A stretch of 64,000 nt of DNA, from contig OZ243974.1 of NCBI GenBank assembly GCA_965214775.1, positions 416,001-480,000 of the forward strand. The letters run 5' to 3'. The position numbers were made by a program, and so were the translations under genes. Source of the DNA: Nitrosopumilus sp. GTDB taxonomy: Archaea; Thermoproteota; Nitrososphaeria; Nitrososphaerales; Nitrosopumilaceae. This document shows, one piece after another, positions 1 through 9,251 of this stretch. Position 1 is the first letter of the stretch. Every line of letters starts with the position of its first letter. The notes below the pieces were generated by a model. It ran no database searches. It was given only the letters and a program-made list of their open reading frames with translations, and was not told the DNA's origin.

Positions 1-3000
1 TGCACCTGCGGCGCCATCTCTGTTCCGTATGCTGCAGTCGCTATCAGACACGAGCCGCCTAACTCCGAACCTGCCTGCTGCTCGGGCTCGGGCTGTGCCG
101 GCGTATGGGGCTCCTCTGGCATCTCCGGTTCGGGCTCGGGCTGCACCACGGTTTCGGGCTCGTCTGGTACCGGCGGCTCGGTTTCGGGCTCGGGCTGCAC
201 CACGGTTTCGGGCTCGTCTGGTACCGGCGGCTCGGTTTCGGGCTCAACTATTGCATCACGCGGCTGGCCGGCTGCTCCTTGGTCGATATCTGCAGACAGG
301 GACATCGGAGTGTCGTACGTGCGCTCGCCCACACATGCGTCCACGTTTACCGACTCATAGTCAGAGGTCAGGCTCTCCCCAGAATGCAGGATTGCGCTAA
401 CGCCGATGTATGTCTCGTTCTGGTGCATGGATGCCGTAAACACCAGTCCCTCTTCTGTCTGGCCTGCCGCCGTAGTCGCGTCTGTACCAGTCAAGGTGGT
501 GCGCACCGAGACCGAGAGATCATCGGAGACGGGTCCGGCGGTAACCGTTACGAGTCCGGCGGTGCAGTCCCACGATATGGAGGTTATGTATGCCAGATCC
601 GCGTCGGCTGTGGTTGAGATGATGCCGATGCGGCCGCCTCCGCCTCCGCCTCCGCCGCCTCCGCTGTTGGTGCGGCCGGCAGAAGGCTGTGATCCAGTGC
701 TGCTACCGCCGTCATCGTCACGGGTCTGGACCCGCTCGGCGAGTACAATCGGGTTGTCCGGCGAGTCGTCTATCTGGTTGCCCAGCAGATCCGATACGGC
801 GCCTGCTGCAATATCGAGCTGCGGCGTGCCCATCGGGGTTATCTGCCGTATCTGGGACTCTACAAGCGTGAGGGAAAGGGTCTCAACATCAGCGGATGCA
901 AAGTCAAAGCCGGCGCCTGTCAGCGGGACTGTGTCTGCCTGGTTTATGTCACTGACATACAGCAGGGACAGGCTGGTAGCAGAGACGTCTACGGTCTCGC
1001 TGAAGGTTATGGTCATGGCACCCGTGTCCTCGTTGAGGGTTGCAGATTCAAAGGAGAGCCCTGGGTCGTCTGCGGTTACCGTGATCGGGTTATCCGGCGA
1101 GTCCCCTATCTGGTTGCCGAGTATATCAGATACGGCACCAGAGGAAATGTCGAGCTGCGGCGTGTCCATCGGGATTATCTGCGTCAGCTGGGACTCTACA
1201 AGCGTGAGTGAGAGGGTCTCTGTATCGAGTGTCGCATCGTCAAAGCCGGCGCCTTCCAGCAGGACGGTATCTTCCTGGTTTATGTCGCTGACGTACAGCA
1301 GGGACAGGTTGGTTGTCGATACGTCTATCGTCTCGCTGAAGGTTATGGTCATGGCACCCGTGTTCTCGTCAAGGGTTGCAGACTCAAATGTCGGGGGGGC
1401 GGTATCGTGCACATACACTATCCTGATCGCCGTTGCCGTGTTGCCGTCATCGTCGGTGGCAGTATATGTGACCAGATAATCCCCGAGCACGTTGACGTCG
1501 ACCTGTGATGTATCCGTTGTGACTTCAGAACCGTCGTCGGTCGTGGCACCTGGATCTGCGTACGGGGTGCCCAGCTCATGGATCAACGGGTTGTCTCCCA
1601 CAAGTGATATGACAGGCGGGATGCTGGATGCGGCCTCATCTAGCCTCACCACCTGCAGACCGTCATCGTATTCGGAGGCCACTGCGGCGTAGGTGCTGCT
1701 GCCCATCGTGAATATGTCCACGTCGCGCGGGCCGTCAAGCAGCAGGGAGGTCGTGTCTGCAAGATTCCCGGCACCTACCGGGCCGGCAGGATCGGTGACG
1801 TCGATAATCTGGAGGCCGTCGTCGGCAAAGGAGGCAGCTGCCACGTAGGTGCTGCTGCCCATCGTAAATGCATCTATACCGTTGACGTTGCCAAGCAATA
1901 GTGAGTTCGTGTCTGCAAGGCTGCCGGCGGCGGCGGGGCTGGCAGGGTTTGTGACATCGACAATCTGGAGGCCATTGTCTGTCTGTGAGGATATCGCCAC
2001 GTAGGTGCTGCTGCCTATCACAAAGCTGGTCACGCCTTGAGGGCCGTCAAGCCGCAGGGTGTTGTTATCCCCCAGGCTGCCGGCGGCGGCGGGGCTGGCA
2101 GGGTTTGTGACATCGACAATCTGGAGGCCGTCGTCGGCAAAGGAGGCCACTGCGGCGTAGGTGTTCGAATTTATCTCAAAGATGGCCACTGCGTTGGCGC
2201 CGTCAAGCTCCCTGGAGCCATCATCATCCAGACTGCCGGCAGCGGCAGGGCTGGCAGGGTTTGTGACATCGATAATCTGGAGGCCGTCGTCAATGCTGGA
2301 GGCCACTGCGGCGTAGGTGCTGCCGTTTATTGTAAAGATGTCCACGCTGCGGGCGCCGTCAAGCAAAAATCCTTCTATCGGAATGTCCCCCACCTCATCT
2401 ATGGTGTCTTCCAGATTCCCGACTGCCACAAGACTGGAAGGGTTTGTGACATCGATAATCTGGAGGCCGTCATCTGTGCGGGAGGCCACTGCAGCGTAGG
2501 TGTTAGCCCCTATAGCAAATATGTCCACGCTGCGGGCGCCACCAAGCAGCAGGGTGTTGTTATCCCCCAGGCTGTCGGCAGCTGTCGGATTGGATGGATC
2601 TGTGATGTTGACAATCTGGAGGCCGGCGTCGCGGGATGCGGCGACTGCAGCGTATGTGTTCTGCCCGATCGCAAAGACGGCCACGCCTTGGGCGCCGTCA
2701 AGTTCTCTGGAGCCGGTATCATTCAGATTCCCGACGGGGGTAAGCGTGATTTCAGAGGTGTCCATGTCGGCCACGACTATGTCAAAGGTTTGCGAGTTTG
2801 TGCCACCTCGGTCGTCGTTTACGGTTATGGTGACTGTGTGGGTCTGTCCTGCGTCTGCCTGGACAGGCGTCCAGATGAGGAGGCCACCAGAGGTGGAAAA
2901 TACGGCAGCTGCCGGCAGCGTGCCGCGCGATATGGAATACGTGTGCGTGTCAGTCGGATCATCGTCAGTTACCGTAGGCGTTATGACCAGCTGTATGCCC

Positions 3001-5114
3001 GGCGTCGCGTTCTGGTCGCCTATTGTACCCATTACGGGGGCGTTGTTGTCGCGCGTTACGGTTACCGTTACGGTTCCCTGCGCCGTGTCTGTTCCATCAG
3101 ATACCGTATATCCGAACGTGTCCGTACCGTCATAGTCCTGATCAGGCGTATAAGTTATCGTATCATCATCATGAGTGGCAGTCCCGTTTGGCGGGTTATC
3201 TACTGCCGATATCACCGGTGTGTCCGATGTGTCTGGATCCGATATGGCAGGCGTTATGGTAACGGGTGTATCCTCTGCGGTGGTTGCCGTCTCGGCTGGT
3301 GCCACCGGCGGAGCGTTTGGCGTCTCTGTCACCGCTATGTCAAAGGTTTGCGAGTCGGTGCCGCCGCGGCCGTCATTTACGGTTATGGTGACTGTGTGGG
3401 TCTGTCCTGCGTCTGCCTGGACAGGCGTCCAGGTGATGCTGCCATCAGATGTGTTGAATACGGCAGCTGCCGGCAGCGTGCCGCGCGATATGGAATACGT
3501 GTGCGTGTCAGTTGTGTCGGCATCAGTTACCGTAGGCGTTATGGTCAGCTGTGTGTCTGGCGTCGCGTTCTGGTCGCCTATTGTACCCATTACGGGGGCG
3601 TTGTTGTCGCGCGTTACGGTTACCGTTACGGTTCCCTGTGCCGTGTCTGTTCCATCAGATACCGTATACCCGAACGTGTCCGTACCTTCATAGTCTGCAT
3701 CGGGCGTGTAGGTTATCGTATCATCGTCATGGGTGGCAGTCCCGTTTGGCGGGTTATCGACTGCCGATATTACCGGGGTGTCCGATGTGTCGGGATCCGA
3801 TACGGTAGGCGTTATGGTAACGGACGTGTCCTCTGCAGTAGTTGCCGTCTCGGCTGGTGCCACAGGCGGGCTGTTGGGCGTCTCTGTCTCCAACCTCACT
3901 ATCTGGAGGCCATCATCTCGGATGGCAGTCACTGCAGCGTAGGTGCTTTCACCTATCACAAAGACGTCTAGGTTGCGGGCGTTGGCAAGCTTCCTGGAGC
4001 CGTTATCCCCCAAATTCCCGGCTGGGGCGGGATTGTCAGGATCGGTGACGTTGACTATCTGTAGTCCGTTGTCGGATCCCGAGGATACCACCACATAAGT
4101 GCTGCTGCCTATCGTGAATACATCCACGCCCTGGGCGCCGTCAAGCCTCAGTGAGCCGCTATCCTCCAGACGCCCGGCTGGGGCGGGATTGTCAGGATCG
4201 GTGACGTTTACAATCTGAAAGCCGTCGTCAGTCCAGGAGGCGACTGCGGCGTATGTGTTGCCGCCTATCACAAAGGTGGTCACGCCGCGGGCGCCGTGAA
4301 GCTCCATGGAGCCCGTGTCACTCAGTTTCCCGGCCGCTGCCGGGTTGGTCGGATCCGTAACGTTGACTATCTGGAGGCCGTTGTCATCAACTGCGGCCAC
4401 TGCAGCGTATGTGTTGCTGCCTATCGTGAATACATTCACGCCCTGGGCGCCACTAAGCTCCAGGGAGCCGTCGCCATCGGCCAGATTCCCGACGGCGGCG
4501 GGATTGTCAGGATCGGTGACGTTTACAATCTGGAGGGCATTGTCCACGTGGGCTGCCACTGCGGCGTAGGTGTCGCCGCCTATCGTGAATACATCCACGC
4601 CCTGGGCGCCGCCAAGCTTACTGGAGCCGCCATCAGACAGATTCCCGACGGCGGCGGGATTGTCAGGATCGGTGACGTTTACAATCTGGAGGCCCTGGCT
4701 GTAGGCGGCCACCGCTGCGTAAGTGCTGCTGCCTATCGTAAAGGTGTCCACGCCCTGGGCGTCGGAAAGCCGCGCGGATCCCCCGTTTGCCAGACTGCCG
4801 GCGGCCTGCAGACTGGCAGGGTTGGAGACGTTTACAATCTGGAGGCCGTCGTCACCTTCGGAGGTCACCGCAGCGTAGGTCCGGCTTCCTATTGTAAAGA
4901 CATCCACGTCATGGGCGGCATCAAGCAGCAGGGTGTTGTTATTTCCCAGGCTGCTGACGGCAACTATCTCGATCTCGCTCTGCTGCGCGTACGCACCCTC
5001 CGGCAGGGCCCCGGCAGCAGCAAGGCCCAAGACGGCGGCCGCAACAAACGCCAAATACAGGACGTTGATCCGTGCCGGTGCACGGGTGGACGGATGCTGC
5101 AGTATAGCAGTTAT
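1..5114 (-). CDS. Giant secreted/surface protein: signal peptide, LVIVD repeats, tandem Ig-like repeats, DUF5011-like Ig domain, Pro/Glu linker, CFI-box-CTERM domain (3' end outside window)
   Basis: Manual translation of the minus frame. N-terminus LYLAFVAAAVLGLAAAGALPEGAYAQ; repeats such as VDVFTIGSRTYAAVTSEGDDGLQIVNVSNPASLQAAGSL; PVISLVGDNPLIHELGTPYADPGAT; EPPVPDEPETVVQPEPE; and GGSCLIATAAYGTEMAPQVQ at the window edge. No ORF in this frame is listed in the track, consistent with no stop before the edge. Start is ATA 5114 or TTG 5054. Confidence 0.9.
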   Translation of the reverse strand, partial: MTAILQHPSTRAPARINVLYLAFVAAAVLGLAAAGALPEGAYAQQSEIEIVAVSSLGNNNTLLLDAAHDVDVFTIGSRTYAAVTSEGDDGLQIVNVSNPASLQAAGSLANGGSARLSDAQGVDTFTIGSSTYAAVAAYSQGLQIVNVTDPDNPAAVGNLSDGGSSKLGGAQGVDVFTIGGDTYAAVAAHVDNALQIVNVTDPDNPAAVGNLADGDGSLELSGAQGVNVFTIGSNTYAAVAAVDDNGLQIVNVTDPTNPAAAGKLSDTGSMELHGARGVTTFVIGGNTYAAVASWTDDGFQIVNVTDPDNPAPAGRLEDSGSLRLDGAQGVDVFTIGSSTYVVVSSGSDNGLQIVNVTDPDNPAPAGNLGDNGSRKLANARNLDVFVIGESTYAAVTAIRDDGLQIVRLETETPNSPPVAPAETATTAEDTSVTITPTVSDPDTSDTPVISAVDNPPNGTATHDDDTITYTPDADYEGTDTFGYTVSDGTDTAQGTVTVTVTRDNNAPVMGTIGDQNATPDTQLTITPTVTDADTTDTHTYSISRGTLPAAAVFNTSDGSITWTPVQADAGQTHTVTITVNDGRGGTDSQTFDIAVTETPNAPPVAPAETATTAEDTPVTITPAISDPDTSDTPVISAVDNPPNGTATHDDDTITYTPDQDYDGTDTFGYTVSDGTDTAQGTVTVTVTRDNNAPVMGTIGDQNATPGIQLVITPTVTDDDPTDTHTYSISRGTLPAAAVFSTSGGLLIWTPVQADAGQTHTVTITVNDDRGGTNSQTFDIVVADMDTSEITLTPVGNLNDTGSRELDGAQGVAVFAIGQNTYAAVAASRDAGLQIVNITDPSNPTAADSLGDNNTLLLGGARSVDIFAIGANTYAAVASRTDDGLQIIDVTNPSSLVAVGNLEDTIDEVGDIPIEGFLLDGARSVDIFTINGSTYAAVASSIDDGLQIIDVTNPASPAAAGSLDDDGSRELDGANAVAIFEINSNTYAAVASFADDGLQIVDVTNPASPAAAGSLGDNNTLRLDGPQGVTSFVIGSSTYVAISSQTDNGLQIVDVTNPASPAAAGSLADTNSLLLGNVNGIDAFTMGSSTYVAAASFADDGLQIIDVTDPAGPVGAGNLADTTSLLLDGPRDVDIFTMGSSTYAAVASEYDDGLQVVRLDEAASSIPPVISLVGDNPLIHELGTPYADPGATTDDGSEVTTDTSQVDVNVLGDYLVTYTATDDDGNTATAIRIVYVHDTAPPTFESATLDENTGAMTITFSETIDVSTTNLSLLYVSDINQEDTVLLEGAGFDDATLDTETLSLTLVESQLTQIIPMDTPQLDISSGAVSDILGNQIGDSPDNPITVTADDPGLSFESATLNEDTGAMTITFSETVDVSATSLSLLYVSDINQADTVPLTGAGFDFASADVETLSLTLVESQIRQITPMGTPQLDIAAGAVSDLLGNQIDDSPDNPIVLAERVQTRDDDGGSSTGSQPSAGRTNSGGGGGGGGGGRIGIISTTADADLAYITSISWDCTAGLVTVTAGPVSDDLSVSVRTTLTGTDATTAAGQTEEGLVFTASMHQNETYIGVSAILHSGESLTSDYESVNVDACVGERTYDTPMSLSADIDQGAAGQPRDAIVEPETEPPVPDEPETVVQPEPETEPPVPDEPETVVQPEPEPEMPEEPHTPAQPEPEQQAGSELGGSCLIATAAYGTEMAPQV
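2770..3880. repeat. Intragenic tandem duplication, period ~558 bp (186 aa)
   Basis: gtcaaaggtttgcgag at 2781 and 3339 with near-identical downstream sequence. Confidence 0.85.
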
Positions 5115-5847
5115 TGGATGCCACCTCCTCGGGACTTTTGGGTGCTATTCCCTCCTCCCATACAGCCGGGCTTGCCGTCATATACAAGCCGTCTGCTACA
5201 GGACATGCTGGTGGAGATCCGTCGCGTACCGGCCCTCATGACGCCAAGATACGAACTAGATGCCAATACGCCATCACAGCCGCCCGGACGAAAAAGTCCT
5301 CTTGTCCCTACAGCGGGGCTTGGTTGACCACACCCTCCAACACTGCCACCGCCCCCCCCCCCAATGATTATTGGGGTGTGGGCAGGAAAAAGTCATGGCA
5401 TGCAAATCTAGGTCAGGCAGATCAACTTCCCCTCCAATTTCTCCCCCAACAAGGATTACCGGGGCATCGACAGAGGAACACATCATTATGCCTCACAGCA
5501 GCGTGTAAAACGTTCATTCTGATATCATGATTAAATTGTAAGTGGTTATTAAATGTGCACAAAGTGCCTGTTCTGCATGTAACTGGTGCAGTTATAGCCT
5601 CAGATTCACTGCGTGTGGGTCGACGGCCCTTCATAATGCTGATGTTTTGCAGGAATTGTATTTGATCAGCGGGATAGTGTACAAAAAGATCAGCGAGCTG
5701 CGGCACACCATATCCGAATCTACATGGCGGTGTCATTTGCCCACCTTTGCATGTACAAGTACATTTACAGATCGCCGGTCAAAGTCCTCAATTACTTGTG
5801 ACCGTTGCCATATATGATAATTTAATCAAAAAGGGAAAAAGGGAAGA

Positions 5848-7083
5848 TTACTCTTCTACAGGTTCTGCTTTATCAACTTCAGCATCGACAGTGGTGTCCA
5901 CTGGTTCTGCTTTAACTGGTTCTGCAGGAGTTTCAGTTGCTGTCTCTGGTTCCGGGGTTTCAGTTGCTGTCTCTGGTTCCGGGGTTTCAGTTGCTGTCTC
6001 TGGTTCCGGGGTTTCAGTTGCTGTCTCTGGTTCCGGGGTTTCAGTTGCTGTCTCTGGTTCCGGCTCTTTGACATTTTTGGCAGTTGCCTTTTTGGTAACT
6101 TTCTTTGTCTTTTTCTCGGCTTCCTCAGGATCCATGACACCTGCTTCGCCAAGGGCAAAGATTACTTCCTCTTCAGGGTGATGAGGACTGTCTACCATTC
6201 TAGCAATCCTTTTCTTGCCAGATTTCTTAAAGTAGATTCTGTAGGTACTAGTGTGTGCAACCACATTGCCGCCAATTGGTCGTGTCGGGTCACCAAAGAA
6301 TACATCTGGCGATGCCATGACTTGGTTTGTTGCAATTGCAGCACAGTTGTATGTCTCTGCAATTCTGGATAACAGATGAACAAAATGATTTAATTTTTGT
6401 TGTCTGTTTGAGAGAGTTCCACGTCCCAGATATTCAGAACGGAACAATCCAACTGCAGAGTCAGCTACAATCAGTTTTACGTTATTTTCCTCGATTACAG
6501 GCCCTGCTTCTTCCAAAATCAATGTCTGATGTGCACTGTTGTATGCACGTGCAACAATGATGTTGTCTAGAACTTTTTCAGGATCCATTTCGTGAGCTTG
6601 TGCAATTGATACAATTCTTTCAGGTCTGAAAGTATTTTCAGTATCAATGTACAACACACTGCCTTCCAATCCACCTTCTTCTTTGGTTTTTTGAACCATT
6701 ACAGACATTGTATGTGCAAATTGTGTTTTGCCACAGCCAAATTCGCCATAAACTTCTGTAAGTGCTTGAGTTTCAATCCCTCCATCAAATAGCGTGTCAA
6801 GACAGTTAGTACCGGTAGTAATTTTACCAATACTTTGACGGTGTTTGTAAATCTCACTTGCACTTGTAAAGTGTTTGGCAATCAAACCTCCATCAACTAA
6901 ATGCTGTCTGGCTTTATTGACAATTTTTTCAGCTGTGTCCTTTTCCATTCCAGTTATCTCTGAAATCTCTACCGGACCTCTGACGATGAGATCCATGACG
7001 TTGTGTACACCTGCATCGGATAGTTTTCTTGTAGTTACAGGACCTACGCCCTCCAAACTATCTAATCTTAGATCTTCTACCAT
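5848..7083 (-). CDS. radA: DNA repair and recombination protein RadA with repeat-expanded acidic C-terminal tail
   Basis: N-terminal HhH (LEGVGPVT), Walker A GEFGCGKT, YIDTENTFRPER, GGNVVAH. Confidence 0.98.
   Translation of the reverse strand: MVEDLRLDSLEGVGPVTTRKLSDAGVHNVMDLIVRGPVEISEITGMEKDTAEKIVNKARQHLVDGGLIAKHFTSASEIYKHRQSIGKITTGTNCLDTLFDGGIETQALTEVYGEFGCGKTQFAHTMSVMVQKTKEEGGLEGSVLYIDTENTFRPERIVSIAQAHEMDPEKVLDNIIVARAYNSAHQTLILEEAGPVIEENNVKLIVADSAVGLFRSEYLGRGTLSNRQQKLNHFVHLLSRIAETYNCAAIATNQVMASPDVFFGDPTRPIGGNVVAHTSTYRIYFKKSGKKRIARMVDSPHHPEEEVIFALGEAGVMDPEEAEKKTKKVTKKATAKNVKEPEPETATETPEPETATETPEPETATETPEPETATETPEPETATETPAEPVKAEPVDTTVDAEVDKAEPVEE
5930..6063. repeat. 27-bp tandem repeat x5 (PEPETATET) in radA tail
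   Basis: gtttcagttgctgtctctggttccggg repeated. Confidence 0.95.
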
Positions 7084-7099
7084 ACCGTATGGTACGGTA
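7083..7099. promoter_or_regulatory. Palindrome TACCGTA-tgg-TACGGTA between the radA TATA box and start codon (putative operator)
   Basis: Perfect 7-bp inverted repeat; TATA-like cttataaag on the minus strand at ~7106-7114. Confidence 0.4.
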
Positions 7100-7124
7100 C
7101 CAGTACTTTATAAGAGTTTTGTTT

Positions 7125-9251
7125 GTACAACTTCAGGTCCTTTTTATACTGACAGTCAAACATTTTTGGGCAGCATCTTATGATCAGATGCCCCTCCGAA
7201 CATGGCTGAACATCAGACATTTGTGATCAGACATTGCAGGTTTGGAATTTACGGGAGTGACATAATATCGGCATCTTGGTCAAAGAATTTCGATGGAAAT
7301 CTTTTTTGATCTTGCCTGTCTGATGTAACATATGGACTCCAAAGCCGTGCTTGCACACTGTACGGATCCTGGAAAGGCACTTGTCATGATCATGGAGCAG
7401 GATGAGAAGATCTCCGGGCTGGAAAAAGAACTCTCTATTGTCAAGAAGGAGAATGCTGATGTCAAGAAGGAGAACTCTAAGCTTCAGGCAAGGCTTGCCC
7501 TGTACGAGAGTCCCAACATGCCCACGTCCACGCCGTCATTATACAATGATGCCAGAAGAAAGTTCAGGGAGAAAAGGGGCGAGGATCCCGGCGGCAGTCC
7601 CGGCGATGCTGCTCGGGGCAAGAAACGCGGCCCTCCGTGCGGACACCATGGTACATCGCACGGCAACCGGCCATCAATGACATTAAGGTACGATCTTGGC
7701 TCCAAAATATGCCCAAAGTGCAACATCCAGTTACGGATGCTCAAGCCGATCCACAAGCTTGTAAACGACCTGGACGGTTTTATGCGCATGCTCACTGCCA
7801 ATGCCATCATCCAAAACGCGGTGTGTCCACAGTGCAATACCGTGCATGTCGCAGCTACCCCGTTTCTAAGCGGCACGTCACTTGGGCCCGTCTCACTCTC
7901 TCTAATCATGATGTTCTTTGAGAAGGGAAACACAGACGAGGACATTGCAGAGTACTTTCAGTATATGTTTGGATTCAAGATGGCCCCAAATACCGTGACT
8001 GCCGCCCGGCACGCAGTGGCAGAGGCGATTCAACAAAACATGATACAACGCATACAGTCATTCATTGCGGGCAGGCCGTGGATACAGATGGACGAGACCG
8101 GATTTAAGCGCGGCGACGGACACATGGGATACGTCTGGGTGCTCAACTGCGAGGGGGCGTGCTTTGTGGTATTTGCAGATTCCCGGTCCTCTGAGGTACT
8201 GCACACGCACTTTGGATGGCTGGATCCCAAGACTCCCATAGTCGTAGACGGACTGGCCCAGTACAAGCTGTTCTTTGTGACAATCCAGAGGTGTTGGAGG
8301 CACCTTCTGGCGTATGCAGAAAAGCTTGCAGTAAAGATGCCCGAAGGCGATAACGAGAAAAGGTATGACTTGCTGCTGGAATTCTACAGGAAGATAGATA
8401 AAATCAAGACGCTTGCGCCGCTTACATGCATGGAGCTTTCCAGGGAAGTATACAAAATAATCAACCCGTATGAGGACGTTCACGTGCGTACACACCTGCT
8501 AAACGCCATACATAACATGTTTACGTGTCTGGCGCATCGGGGAATGCCGCTGCACAACAACGATACGGAGCGGTGCATACGCGACGGGATCATACCACAA
8601 CGCAATGCACGTCACAAGATTGTAACTGACGGGGGAAGAAAGACGGCTTCTGCGCTGCTGACATTTTCGATGACATGTCGCAAGCAGAATATACATCCTG
8701 CCGGCGGACTCTTGAAATACCTGCGGAATCCGGGCTGGGATGTCTTTGCAGAAGCAGGAGATGATGATGATAATGCGCGCCTGCTGTCCTCGCTTGCCAA
8801 TACGGACGGTACAAGATACAGCGTCTTTGAGTGTCCCGGGCCGCCGCCGGCGTGGCCGCCTGTAGTCGATGATGACGCAGGCAGTGAAGGAGGAGCGGTA
8901 CGCCGGAACCGGACGGCCGTCGTACCAGCAGCAGCAGCTCCCATAACAACATGATCCGTCTGGCGCCTACGGGACGGCGTAACCCGTAGCTTTATGTCAA
9001 AGAATCCGGCCGTGTAGGCAAGTCTGCCAGTCAACAACGCCTGACAAATCTGACAATGCTGGTTTCCTGCAGGTGCCGTCTGCCAATAATCTGTTGTCTG
9101 CCAATAATCTGTTGTCTGCGCGCTGCCGGTCTTGCATATACAAGGGACGTGTGATGATGATGTAGCGGGTCTGTCACAGCAGATGCGGAAGGATCAAAAA
9201 GTTCCGGGCAAAAAGTTCCCTAGTCAGTATAAAAAGGACCTGAAGTTGTAC
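7125..9251 (+). mobile_element. IS66-family element (single-ORF, ISBst12-like), copy 1
   Basis: 29-bp perfect TIR GTACAACTTCAGGTCCTTTTTATACTGAC; near-identical to 20164-22269; flanks (ttttgttt / tttgaacc) show no TSD. Confidence 0.93.
7332..8954 (+). CDS. IS66-family DDE transposase
   Basis: Coiled coil, CPKC..CPQC zinc ribbon, MDETG, VVDG, QRCWRHL, HNNDTERCIR motifs. Confidence 0.93.
   Translation: MDSKAVLAHCTDPGKALVMIMEQDEKISGLEKELSIVKKENADVKKENSKLQARLALYESPNMPTSTPSLYNDARRKFREKRGEDPGGSPGDAARGKKRGPPCGHHGTSHGNRPSMTLRYDLGSKICPKCNIQLRMLKPIHKLVNDLDGFMRMLTANAIIQNAVCPQCNTVHVAATPFLSGTSLGPVSLSLIMMFFEKGNTDEDIAEYFQYMFGFKMAPNTVTAARHAVAEAIQQNMIQRIQSFIAGRPWIQMDETGFKRGDGHMGYVWVLNCEGACFVVFADSRSSEVLHTHFGWLDPKTPIVVDGLAQYKLFFVTIQRCWRHLLAYAEKLAVKMPEGDNEKRYDLLLEFYRKIDKIKTLAPLTCMELSREVYKIINPYEDVHVRTHLLNAIHNMFTCLAHRGMPLHNNDTERCIRDGIIPQRNARHKIVTDGGRKTASALLTFSMTCRKQNIHPAGGLLKYLRNPGWDVFAEAGDDDDNARLLSSLANTDGTRYSVFECPGPPPAWPPVVDDDAGSEGGAVRRNRTAVVPAAAAPITT

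Noticed and set aside
29-5327. Long plus-strand ORFs (357, 644, 343 aa, etc.)
   Set aside because: Antisense shadows of the GC-rich repetitive minus-strand surface gene; the translations are not protein-like
5274-5817. Short ORFs and a possible degenerate GTAAG-ended element between the surface gene and radA
   Set aside because: No convincing TIR pair, TSD or protein motif
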